Source: Acidobacteriota bacterium
Lineage (GTDB): Bacteria > Acidobacteriota > UBA6911 > RPQK01 > JADFOI01
Length of the DNA stretch: 64,000 nucleotides
Direction: 5' to 3'
NCBI GenBank assembly: GCA_963663035.1
Contig: OY760074.1
Coordinates: forward strand, 1,824,001-1,888,000
Below are positions 9,509-18,748 of the stretch, in pieces. How positions within the stretch are numbered: the first letter of the stretch is position 1; each line of letters begins with the position of its first letter. Position numbers and translations under genes: made by a program. The notes beneath the pieces are model-generated. The model saw only the letters and a program-made list of their open reading frames with translations. It did not search any database and was not told where the DNA came from.

Positions 9509-11365
9509 ATGAAAAGATTTTTCACCCTGTTCGTTATGGGACTCCTGTCCCATGGTTTCGGGCTCTCCCAGCAGATTCCAGATTTGGTAGCCCAGCACGG
9601 CTATGCAGACATGATTCTGGTCAACGGGAAAATAGTCACAATGGATGACTGGAGCGTCGTTCCCAACACGCCTGGGCACATTTTTCAGAGCATGGCCATC
9701 AAAGGGAAGAAAATTATGGCCCTGGGAACCGATGCGGAGATGAGGGCACTGGCTGGACCTCAGACCCGCGTTACGGACGTGCGGGGTAAAACCGTCATCC
9801 CGGGCTTGATTCAGACTCACTACCACCTTTTCGGAGCTGCAGCCGGCCGCTACGGACCTGAGGTTGGTCTGGTGGATCCGAGCGTACGGCTCACCGTGGT
9901 GGCAGAGGATTCGCCGGAAGCCACTTCGAAGAAACTCAGAGATTCAATCGTGAACGCAATCAGGGTGCAAAACATACCCGAAGGAGACTGGATTTCGGTC
10001 AGGCTGCAAGAAGGGCCGGAGAATCTACCCGGCACGAACCGCATTTGGCTTTACGGGAGTTCGATCAATCGAAGAACCATTCAGTTGGATAGTGCCGTAC
10101 CGGACCATCCCACGGTGATTAATGCCGGGCAGTCGGGAATCTTCAACGAGGCTGCAATCAGCGAGATCACAGAGGTATTTCCCGATTGGGCGGAGAGCAC
10201 GGATTTGGAAAATCGGCCGGGAGCAGCCAGGGACGGATACGCAGCCGTTCCCGAACTGCAAGGCATGACCTTCTCCTACTGGTGGAGGAATGAACCCATT
10301 GAAAAGCTGGCCGAAGCGATGCGCTTGCATGGCCTTGAAATACTGAAGTCGGGCCTGACCACGGTCTCCACTCGTATCCTCTTCCCCACGGTCGTCCAGG
10401 CTTATAACCTGCTCAACAGAGAAGGTACCCTGCCTCACCGCTTGTCTTATTACCAGGAACCACAGAGAGGCAACTTTTTCAACACCAAGTCATTTAACGA
10501 GTTTTATAAAGGATCGGGGGCTCCCTGGACCAACCATTCGGGAGGCGGCGAGATGCTGTGGTTGTCCGGAATGTCCAACGAAATTTGGGATTCCAGCCAG
10601 TGGGAGGTGTGTTTGGGACCCGATATCGATGCTCCTGCTGATCTCAAGGAAAGGCAGCGCTGCCCGGGGCCTGGAACCAGACCCTGGGATGTCATCAAGG
10701 CCGCTGTGATGACCGGCTGGCGGCCGGCCGGTGTTCACGGGACTTCCAACCACGGCGTGAGACTCTACATCGAGATGCTCGAAAGTGCGATGAGAGACGC
10801 CAACCTGTCAGTTGAGCACATCAGAAGCCTTCGCACCACCATGGAACACAATCAGCTTCTGGGCGCTTCTCCAGATGTGATGGCCAAGCTGAAAGAGTAC
10901 AACATCCTCCTCAATGTCAATATGCCCTATCTCAACGCTGCCGCGATGCTGATCGATGCCTACGGTGAAGAGCTCAGACCCTTCGCCATGCCGGTCAAGA
11001 CCTGGCTCAATGAGGGCATAAGGGTCACCTTCGAGGCCCAGGGAACCAATTTTTGGAGGCCCATTCACACACTCGTCACCCGCCAGATCACCAATCAAGG
11101 AACAGGTGAACAAGAGATACTCCTTCCAGAGGAGGCTGTGGACCGAGTGACCGCCCTGAAGATGACCACCACCTGGGCATCCTATTACGTTCTGGCTGAG
11201 GACACCCTGGGCACCCTGGAGCCGGGGAAGTACGCCGATTTTGCAGTTCTGGATCAAGACTTCTTCACGGTTCCGGTCGAGGAAATTCCTGACATGGAGG
11301 TCATCATGACCGGACTGGGAGGCGAAGTCGTCTATGATCGCGATCAGTTAGCGGGCGGCAACTAA
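9509..11365 (+). CDS. Secreted amidohydrolase family 3 protein
   Basis: GAGGAGG RBS, signal peptide, GKTVIPGLIQTHYH, GTLEPGKYADFAVLD. Confidence 0.85.
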   Translation: MKRFFTLFVMGLLSHGFGLSQQIPDLVAQHGYADMILVNGKIVTMDDWSVVPNTPGHIFQSMAIKGKKIMALGTDAEMRALAGPQTRVTDVRGKTVIPGLIQTHYHLFGAAAGRYGPEVGLVDPSVRLTVVAEDSPEATSKKLRDSIVNAIRVQNIPEGDWISVRLQEGPENLPGTNRIWLYGSSINRRTIQLDSAVPDHPTVINAGQSGIFNEAAISEITEVFPDWAESTDLENRPGAARDGYAAVPELQGMTFSYWWRNEPIEKLAEAMRLHGLEILKSGLTTVSTRILFPTVVQAYNLLNREGTLPHRLSYYQEPQRGNFFNTKSFNEFYKGSGAPWTNHSGGGEMLWLSGMSNEIWDSSQWEVCLGPDIDAPADLKERQRCPGPGTRPWDVIKAAVMTGWRPAGVHGTSNHGVRLYIEMLESAMRDANLSVEHIRSLRTTMEHNQLLGASPDVMAKLKEYNILLNVNMPYLNAAAMLIDAYGEELRPFAMPVKTWLNEGIRVTFEAQGTNFWRPIHTLVTRQITNQGTGEQEILLPEEAVDRVTALKMTTTWASYYVLAEDTLGTLEPGKYADFAVLDQDFFTVPVEEIPDMEVIMTGLGGEVVYDRDQLAGGN

Positions 11366-11580
11366 TAGGAGAAGTTCAAAGTATTGGACTCAAGAATTCA
11401 ATTTACCGAACCGCCCAGGCCCAGAAATACTTCATCTGGTATTGGATCGAATGCCATGCCACAAAATAGAGAGTGGAATGGGTCTTGAATTGTTGCTGGC
11501 AGCGAGAGAAAAAGGGGGGTTATCCACTCAGTTTAGTTGTCTCCTTTTGTTCTCGATTTAGTTATTTTTCACTTTGTTAG

Positions 11581-11610
11581 TTGACAGACCATAGGAGTAA
11601 GGTGTAAAAC
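11581..11610 (+). promoter_or_regulatory. Possible sigma70 promoter for the TonB-dependent receptor
   Basis: TTGACA-18 nt-TAAAAC in an AT-rich intergenic region, with three TTAGTT boxes upstream or overlapping. Confidence 0.35.
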
Positions 11611-11728
11611 GGCACAACAAATAAAGCAGCGGAATTTAGCGTAGAACGATTATTTCGGATGTTTAAGACTTATTATCCCCATCAGGGGCAACTTCAACAA
11701 TTCCCGATCACAACGGGGGAGGAATTCC

Positions 11729-14700
11729 ATGTCTAGACTACTACCGATCTTTGTCATCCTGACTATTACAGTCTTTCCAGCCTTGGCGCAGATCACAAGT
11801 GCCACCATCGTGGGAACCATCAAAGATACCACAGGTGCCGTGCTGCCGGGGGCGGAAATAGTGCTGACCAATGTGGCCACCGGAATAACCAGGACCAACA
11901 TCTCCGATGACGAAGGCAGATACACTGCCTCCAGTCTGAGTATAGGAACCTATGAAGTCTCGGCCGGCCTGCCTGGCTTTCAAACCTCGGTCAGGAGCGG
12001 AATCACCCTCACTACGGGAAGAGAAGCCGTGATCGATTTCACCCTCTCCCTAGGAGAGATCACCGAGAGAGTCACGGTTACGGGAGAGGCCGCGCTGGTT
12101 GAGACCACCTCGGGGAGCCTGGGCGGTTTGGTGGACAAACAGACTATTATGGAACTCCCACTCAATGGTCGTGACCTGACCGATCTGATAACGCTGCAGC
12201 CGGGAACCGTCACCATTACTGCGGCCTCGACCTCCAACAACAGTGGCTTTACCCAGAAAATAAGCATTGGCGGAGCTCGACCCCAGGACAATCTGATCTT
12301 GATTGATGGGACGGAAATGAAGTCCACCGATTCAGGTGTGCCTGCCGGGGTCTCAGGTAATTTCATGGGAGCAGAAGCGACTCAGGAATTCAAGATCGAG
12401 ACCAGCGCTTACAGTGCCATCTATGGCGGCAACGCGGGAGGTGTCATCAATGTCATCAGCAAGGGAGGCACCAACGAGTTTCACGGCTCCATTTATGAGT
12501 TTCATCGCAACGATAATCTCGATTCCGCCGACTTCCGTGCCCCCGCAGTAATCGATAGCAATAGCGGGGCCTTTATTGGCAAAGAGAAAGCGGAATTCAA
12601 GCGCAACCAATTCGGGTTCGCTGTTGGGGGCCCGATCATCGAGAACCGGACCTTCTTTTTCTTCAATTACGAAGGAATGCGGGACCGGCGCGGTCGCTCT
12701 GGTACCGTCACCACCTTCGGCCCCAACGCCCGCCTGGGTCTGCTGCCCGATGGGCCGTCTGGATCTCTGGTACAGCACCCCCTGGCGCCTGAAGTGATTC
12801 CCTATTTTGCCCTCTGGCCGAATCCGGTAGGGCTGGAATGGGAAAACCTGGGAGATGGGACATTCCGCAAGGGCACCACTGAACAGAACCCGACCAACGA
12901 GGACTTCTACCAGGGTCGGGTCGATCACCAGATCACCGACAATGATTCCTTCTTTGCGCGGTTCACCTGGAACGACTCCAGAATTGCGGACCCGGCGGCG
13001 TTTCCTCAATGGCAAACAGATCAATACGTCTACAGCAGGCTCTCCACCATGGAATGGAAGAGGATCCAGTCGGCTAACCTGCTCAACACCTTCCGTGTAG
13101 GGGCCAACCGACGGGGCGGCGACAAAGAGACTTTTCAAGACCCCGACGTCGACCCAGCCCTTCCCTTTGTTCCGCTTTCCGCCTGGAGAGCGCCGCTGGG
13201 TGCGGGCTATGTGATGGGCAGTATCAGCGGGACCGGCGCAACGACTGTAGGCGTCTCAAATGGCTGGGCCAGAAACCTGACCAACCGCTTTCAATACATT
13301 GATGATGTCGTCTACAACAAGGGTGCGCACTCCTATAAATTCGGAGTCAACTTCATGCGGATCCAGTACAACGTGGACGGCCCCTCTCGTCCTGCCGGAG
13401 CGTTTAGTTTCGGCGGCATAGAGGACTTTTTAGCAGCTGAGCCCTCCAGTTTCCGCGGCGACATCCTGCCCACGCAGGACAGCCAGCGTGGACTGCGCAT
13501 CAGCCAATGGGGAGTCTACTTTCAGGACGATTGGAAGGTCTTACCAAACCTCACAGTGAACCTGGGCTTGCGCTACGAACTTTTCACCGTACCCCGGGAA
13601 GTCAACGGCAAGTTGGGAAACCTGAAGGATCCCCTCAACGACACCGAAGTCAGCTGCCTGGGCACCGAAGGATGCGACTGGTTTGAGAATCCCTCCTTCA
13701 AGGACTTTATGCCCCGCATCGGCTTTGCCTGGGATCCATTCGGAGACGGGAAGATGGCCCTTCGGTCCGGCTTCGGGATCTTCTACAATCACATGGGACC
13801 CGAGACCTATCGGCAAGCCATCATCCGGATGAAACCCTTTCTGATAGAAACCAACATCCGATCCACGTCCACTTCGAGTGTCCCCTTTGCGGATGTTTTT
13901 GATCAGGTGGTCAACAACAACATCGGAACAGGCGACGTTCACATTTTTCCCTATGACTACGCAAACGATCCCCACGCGCTTCAGTGGAATCTCAACATTC
14001 AGCGCGAGATCATGCCCGGGACCGGTCTAATGGTGGGCTATGCCGGCTCCAGAGGTCTAAACGTCATCAAGAATGTCTACCTGCAGACGCCCGTAGCCCA
14101 GCGCATCAACGGCCGCCTGGTGTTCCCAGACGATCCGGTGGGCGGAGAAACGAGAGATTTACTTCCCAATCAGAACCCTGAATTCCGCAGCCTTAGACTG
14201 CGCAGCCGCGAGCAGTCGGGAGACTCCTGGTATCACAGCTTGCAGATGAGTCTGCAGCGACGCTTTTCGAACGGCTTTCAGACTCAGTTCTCCTATACCT
14301 TCGCCAAGACCATGGACGAAGGGTCCCAGATCAATAACGATTTATCGGGAGCCAGCGACGGGTTCGTCATACCCTACTACCATGAGCCTGATTTGTACCA
14401 GGGGCTCTCGCCCTTTGGTGTGAAGCACGCCTTTGTGAATAATTTCGTCATACAGCTCCCCTTCGGGCAGGGAAGGCAATTCGGCGGCAACATGACTGGC
14501 GTGGCACAGCATATTCTGGGCGGTTGGCAGGTGGGCGGCATTCTCTCCCTCATCTCGGGGCCTCCGGGAACCTACGAACAGAGTGACCGAGGCGTCATGC
14601 GTACTCTTGGGATTGGTAATGACTATCCTGACATTCGTGCGGGTATGTCGCCACAGATCCTGGAAGATCCGGATCAGTGGTTTTCCACCGACGCTTTCGT

Positions 14701-14998
14701 CTGGCAGGGCAGTACTGGCCCGCTCGCTCGAGCCCTTAGTAACTCATCGCGGACGAGCATGAGAGGTCCGGGCGTGGCCAATTTTGACTTTTCCTTGAAC
14801 AAGACCACCAATATTTGGGAGGAAGTGGCGTTGCAGATTCGGTTCGAGTTTTTCAACCTCACCAACAATCCCAGTTTTAGACTGCCCTCCGGCAGGATCT
14901 TTAGTGGGTCGGGGCGCCTATCGTCCAGTGCCGGACGTGTGAGCGGGACCACCCAAACCATGCGTGAGGCCCAAATCGCTCTCAGGATCACCTTCTAG
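11729..14998 (+). CDS. TonB-dependent receptor with N-terminal carboxypeptidase-regulatory-like domain (Oar-like)
   Basis: GTIKDTTGAVLPGA, LPLNGRD, KGGTNEFHGS, YFQDDWKVLPNLTVNLGLRYE, C-terminal LRITF. Confidence 0.93.
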   Translation: MSRLLPIFVILTITVFPALAQITSATIVGTIKDTTGAVLPGAEIVLTNVATGITRTNISDDEGRYTASSLSIGTYEVSAGLPGFQTSVRSGITLTTGREAVIDFTLSLGEITERVTVTGEAALVETTSGSLGGLVDKQTIMELPLNGRDLTDLITLQPGTVTITAASTSNNSGFTQKISIGGARPQDNLILIDGTEMKSTDSGVPAGVSGNFMGAEATQEFKIETSAYSAIYGGNAGGVINVISKGGTNEFHGSIYEFHRNDNLDSADFRAPAVIDSNSGAFIGKEKAEFKRNQFGFAVGGPIIENRTFFFFNYEGMRDRRGRSGTVTTFGPNARLGLLPDGPSGSLVQHPLAPEVIPYFALWPNPVGLEWENLGDGTFRKGTTEQNPTNEDFYQGRVDHQITDNDSFFARFTWNDSRIADPAAFPQWQTDQYVYSRLSTMEWKRIQSANLLNTFRVGANRRGGDKETFQDPDVDPALPFVPLSAWRAPLGAGYVMGSISGTGATTVGVSNGWARNLTNRFQYIDDVVYNKGAHSYKFGVNFMRIQYNVDGPSRPAGAFSFGGIEDFLAAEPSSFRGDILPTQDSQRGLRISQWGVYFQDDWKVLPNLTVNLGLRYELFTVPREVNGKLGNLKDPLNDTEVSCLGTEGCDWFENPSFKDFMPRIGFAWDPFGDGKMALRSGFGIFYNHMGPETYRQAIIRMKPFLIETNIRSTSTSSVPFADVFDQVVNNNIGTGDVHIFPYDYANDPHALQWNLNIQREIMPGTGLMVGYAGSRGLNVIKNVYLQTPVAQRINGRLVFPDDPVGGETRDLLPNQNPEFRSLRLRSREQSGDSWYHSLQMSLQRRFSNGFQTQFSYTFAKTMDEGSQINNDLSGASDGFVIPYYHEPDLYQGLSPFGVKHAFVNNFVIQLPFGQGRQFGGNMTGVAQHILGGWQVGGILSLISGPPGTYEQSDRGVMRTLGIGNDYPDIRAGMSPQILEDPDQWFSTDAFVWQGSTGPLARALSNSSRTSMRGPGVANFDFSLNKTTNIWEEVALQIRFEFFNLTNNPSFRLPSGRIFSGSGRLSSSAGRVSGTTQTMREAQIALRITF

Positions 14999-15026
14999 CA
15001 GCTGATTCGCACGCGTTAAGTCACAT

Positions 15027-15052
15027 GGGGGGTCGGGAGAGACCCGGCCCCC
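15027..15052 (+). terminator. GC-rich hairpin after the TonB-dependent receptor (weak terminator or mRNA stabiliser)
   Basis: GGGGGGTCGGG-agaga-CCCGGCCCCC with only a short U tract. Confidence 0.45.
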
Positions 15053-15160
15053 TTCCCCTCTCCTCCAGCCGACGCTTCCAGGATTAACAACCCATCATCC
15101 CTGTCGCTTTGCACCATGCCAAGAGCTAGGGAGTTCTGTATGCGGCTCTGGAGTAGTAGA

Positions 15161-16069
15161 ATGAGCCCCATGGACTTTCACTACAAGTACTCTGCCATCG
15201 TTGATCGTAAGCCCCTCAAGTGGCCCCACGGCGCCCGCATCGCCGTCGTCCTCACCCTCAATGTGGAATGCTGGGATCCTGTTCCCGAGCCGGGAAAGCT
15301 CTCCTATCCGGGCGGACCCAACCTGCTCCCCATCCCGCTGCCGGAAGGGGTTCCCGACCTGGTCAATCATACCTGGAGAGAATATGGCCACCGGGTCGGC
15401 ATCTGGCGCATACTGGAAGTCTTTGACCGACACCGGATTCAGGCCACTGCCACCATCAACACCTCACTGGGTAAGCGACTTCCCAGGATCCTCGATGAAC
15501 TCAAGAAGCGAGACTGGGAACTGGTCGCTCACTCCCAGGTCGAAAATGATTTGCTGGTGAATTTTAGCGGGGACCGCGAGGCGGAGAAGGCCTATATCCA
15601 GGCCACCCTGGCGGAGTATGAGGAGGTTGTGGGACGCAAAGCGAAGTGTTGGCTCTCACCCTCGGTCAGCCCCACCGTCAATACGCTGGGGATCCTGGCC
15701 GAGGAAGGCATTGAGTACTTCTGCGACTTTGTCAATGACGATCAACCCTATCCCATTCAGGTGGGAAACAAGCAGATTCTATCCATCCCTTATACCACGG
15801 AAATCAACGATTATCCCCTGTTCATGCGTCACTTCCATTCTCCTCAAACCGTTTTCGAGATTGTCCAAGCCCAATTCGACACCCTCTATCGTGAAGGAGA
15901 AAAGAGCGGGCGCATGATGAACGTGGGGCTGCATCCTCATGTCATGGGTCAGCCTTACCGGATTCCCACACTGGACCGGATCCTGACCTATATGAAGAGT
16001 CAGGAGAAAGTCTGGTTTACCAGTCGCGAGGAGATCGCAGCCTGGTATCGGGACAACTATCTCAGCTGA
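15161..16069 (+). CDS. Polysaccharide deacetylase family protein (PuuE/allantoinase-like)
   Basis: WPHGARIAVVLTLNVE, EYGHRVGIWRIL, DDQPY, GLHPHVMGQPYRI; start could be 15116, 15161 or 15170. Confidence 0.85.
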   Translation: MSPMDFHYKYSAIVDRKPLKWPHGARIAVVLTLNVECWDPVPEPGKLSYPGGPNLLPIPLPEGVPDLVNHTWREYGHRVGIWRILEVFDRHRIQATATINTSLGKRLPRILDELKKRDWELVAHSQVENDLLVNFSGDREAEKAYIQATLAEYEEVVGRKAKCWLSPSVSPTVNTLGILAEEGIEYFCDFVNDDQPYPIQVGNKQILSIPYTTEINDYPLFMRHFHSPQTVFEIVQAQFDTLYREGEKSGRMMNVGLHPHVMGQPYRIPTLDRILTYMKSQEKVWFTSREEIAAWYRDNYLS

Positions 16070-16088
16070 GTCCTTTGGGGCCGTCCAC

Positions 16089-16871
16089 ATGAAGAAGCCG
16101 AAGAGAATTCGGATCGGGAATCTGGTCCTGCCCCTGACGGTCATGGCCGGTGCGATGGGGGTTTGGGAAACCGCTATATGGATTCTCCACACCCCCACTT
16201 ACATTCTCCCGGCCCCCTCGCAAATCTTCCTGGGCCTGATCAGCGATCTGGGTCTTCTCTGGGTCCATGCCCAGGTCACGACCATGGAAATCCTGGTGGG
16301 ATTCGTGATGAGCCTGGCCATTGGCATTCCCTGCGCGATCCTGATCGTTTACTCGAAACCGCTGGAGAGCGCCCTTTACCCCTTGCTGGTCTTCTCTCAG
16401 ATTGTGCCCAAGATCGCGGTGGCACCCCTGTTTCTCATCTGGTTCGGTTTCGGGTGGGCGCCCAAGATTCTGCTGGTGGTCTTGATTGCCATCTTTCCCA
16501 TCATCATCAACACCATCATCGGGCTCAAATCGGTCGATCCCCAGGCGATCTTGATGATCCGATCGATGAACGCCAGCCCGCTGAAGATCTTTTGCAAGGT
16601 CACTTTTCCCAGCGCCCTTCCCAGCATATTTGGCGGACTGAAGGTCGCCATTACCCTGGCGGTCATCGGTGCGGTGGTAGCAGAGTGGGTGGCTTCGGAA
16701 AGAGGGTTGGGTTATCTGCTTCTCTCGGCAGGTGCCAACTTCCAGTCCATTCTTCTCTTTGAAGCGCTGACGGTGGTGACCGTGATTGGTTTTCTGCTGT
16801 TCTTTCTGATCGATGTGCTGGAACGTCGCCTTGTGCCCCAGCGCAGCGGCCAGTCCTGGCTACAAAGCTAG
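16089..16871 (+). CDS. ABC transporter permease, NitT/TauT (SsuC-like) family
   Basis: LPAPSQI, PKIAVAPLFLIWFG, PSALPSIFGGLK, GAVVAEW. Confidence 0.9.
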   Translation: MKKPKRIRIGNLVLPLTVMAGAMGVWETAIWILHTPTYILPAPSQIFLGLISDLGLLWVHAQVTTMEILVGFVMSLAIGIPCAILIVYSKPLESALYPLLVFSQIVPKIAVAPLFLIWFGFGWAPKILLVVLIAIFPIIINTIIGLKSVDPQAILMIRSMNASPLKIFCKVTFPSALPSIFGGLKVAITLAVIGAVVAEWVASERGLGYLLLSAGANFQSILLFEALTVVTVIGFLLFFLIDVLERRLVPQRSGQSWLQS

Positions 16872-16879
16872 CGAGTTTC

Positions 16880-17028
16880 AGCCGGGATAATGCATAAGTT
16901 TTCTACTGCAGTGCCGCAATCATCCACGCTGCCTGCGTTGTGCGACCCGCAAGCGGGTACCCCTTGCACGCCTTGTCATCGTGGCGCCTGCGGCACTTCG
17001 TCACGAAAACCTATGCATAATCCCGGCT
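16880..17028. repeat. Dispersed hairpin/MITE-like element, copy 2 (149 bp)
   Basis: Arms AGCCGGGATAATGCATA / TATGCATAATCCCGGCT; core CGACCCGCAAGCGGGTACCCC; right end overlaps the stop of 17027..18070. Confidence 0.85.
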
Positions 17029-18070
17029 AGGAAAGGAAGTCGTTGGTGAAATATCGCGAGACATCCCATTCCTCCCTCAGGCCCAGATACTGAATTTGTA
17101 AATCCTGAAGGTCCTCCCAGCTCTGCCTGTCGTGATAGCCAAAGACTGCCTGGGTCTGCTCGGGCTGGATCAGCTTGAAAAACCATTGGAGCTGAAGCAG
17201 AGCCACCTGGGTGTCGGTTTCCGGATAAGCCTTTGTGAGAGCGGCCACAGCATCCTCAGGGTCTCTCAGCGAGGCCTCGATGCTCCTCGAAGTCGCCCCG
17301 AGAAAGTCTCGGACCAGCTCAGGATCGTCCTGGAGGAGGTTGTTGTGGGTGACCAGGACATTGGAGATAGGATTGATGCCCCAGTCCGAGTAGGAGAGCA
17401 CATCGATGTCATAACCCTGGGCCTCAAAAGCGGGCGGCTGGGCTGTGATGGAACCGGTCATGGCATCCACTCTTCCCGTCAGCACCAGCCCTTCCTTGGC
17501 CTGGCTGGCGACCTGAACCACCTGCACCCTGGAGAAGTCAGCGCCATTTTTCTGCATGAGGGCGGGCAACAGACTGAGGATCGGATCGTTGACCCCGGTG
17601 GTGGCAGCCAGGAACTTTCCTTCCAGATCCTGGGGGGAGCGGATTCCGCTCTCCTGGAGTGACACAATGCAAAAGGGTGTCTTCTGCTTGACCACCATGA
17701 TCGATTTCAGAGGAGCGCCCTCCTGGATGCTGCGAATCAGAATGCCCGCATCCAGGTAACCAAAGGTTTGGGATCCCGCGGCTACAAGTTGAGCCGTGTT
17801 CCCGGAGCCTTTGCCCCCCTGGATATCCAGTAGAATGTCTGCTGATTCATAGTAGCCCAGTTCTTTTCCCAGAAAATAAGGGGCGTGTTTCCCCACCACA
17901 ACCCAGTCCAGTCGCAGAGACACCTTCCTGCTCTGAGCACTTTGACTGGGCTGACTGGAGGAACAAGCTCCCAGCGGCCCCAGGAATCCCAGGGCAGCAG
18001 TCTGGGCTGCCAGTCCCAGGAAGAGTCGTCGCGTGGTATCGAGGGTCGGCTCAGAGGATATCCACTTCAT
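17027..18070 (-). CDS. ABC substrate-binding protein, NMT1/THI5-like, Tat/lipoprotein signal
   Basis: TRRLFLGLA twin-arginine motif, LGAC lipobox, LRLDW, GIRSPQDLEGK, FTNDFL. Confidence 0.88.
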   Translation of the reverse strand: MKWISSEPTLDTTRRLFLGLAAQTAALGFLGPLGACSSSQPSQSAQSRKVSLRLDWVVVGKHAPYFLGKELGYYESADILLDIQGGKGSGNTAQLVAAGSQTFGYLDAGILIRSIQEGAPLKSIMVVKQKTPFCIVSLQESGIRSPQDLEGKFLAATTGVNDPILSLLPALMQKNGADFSRVQVVQVASQAKEGLVLTGRVDAMTGSITAQPPAFEAQGYDIDVLSYSDWGINPISNVLVTHNNLLQDDPELVRDFLGATSRSIEASLRDPEDAVAALTKAYPETDTQVALLQLQWFFKLIQPEQTQAVFGYHDRQSWEDLQDLQIQYLGLREEWDVSRYFTNDFLS

Positions 18071-18570
18071 TTCAGCATATCGCTCACTGCCGCGCTCATC
18101 GAGGCCGGAAAGGCGACGATGATGACTCGCTTAATAGCGACTAAATTGTCAATCCCCCACGGGCACTTATCGATGATGGTGAGGAGGACGGCCACGACCA
18201 ACAGGGCAACCCCATAGATCCCCACAACCCGCTTGATGAACTGCCAAGTGTATTCCCTCAAATGAAATCGGTAAAAGTTGAAGTACACAAAGGCTGAGAT
18301 AAACAGCAGGGAAAGAAAAGTAAGAGCGAGGACATTCCGGAGGGGAAGAGTAGTGCCCAGCCCCCAGGTCTCCTCCGTGAACCTTACCGGGATAGCTAGA
18401 ATCGAAGCCCCCACCATCATCTGCATCACGTCTCGGGCTTTGACCTCCACCATGAAAGGGCGAGTAGCGTGGCTAATGACCTTGCCTGTGCTGTCCAGAA
18501 TCGGCACGATCCGGTGCAAGTAACCGCCAATTCGCTGGATCGTGTGATTGGATTTGTGTTCTTCAGGCAT
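18067..18570 (-). CDS. DUF2391-like integral membrane protein
   Basis: DVMQMMVGASILAIPVRFTEETW, FPASMSAAVSD; four TM segments; stop overlaps the next start (ATGA). Confidence 0.7.
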   Translation of the reverse strand: MPEEHKSNHTIQRIGGYLHRIVPILDSTGKVISHATRPFMVEVKARDVMQMMVGASILAIPVRFTEETWGLGTTLPLRNVLALTFLSLLFISAFVYFNFYRFHLREYTWQFIKRVVGIYGVALLVVAVLLTIIDKCPWGIDNLVAIKRVIIVAFPASMSAAVSDMLK

Positions 18571-18748
18571 GGGCCGGCTCCATCAGTTGCCAAAACTCAC
18601 CTGGTTGAGCTAAGCTTCATCGGTTCTACCTGTCCAGCATACATTAACATGACAATGCTGTTCTCTTTTTCTCTTGCTCAGCTCCAGTGGAACCTCTAGA
18701 ATTGGCCCCCTGACCCGACTTGCACGTCAACAGCAGGCAGGTAACATA

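Noticed and set aside
11520-11528. DnaA-box-like TTATCCACT in an AT-rich intergenic region (possible oriC)
   Set aside because: Single imperfect box with no dnaA/dnaN context
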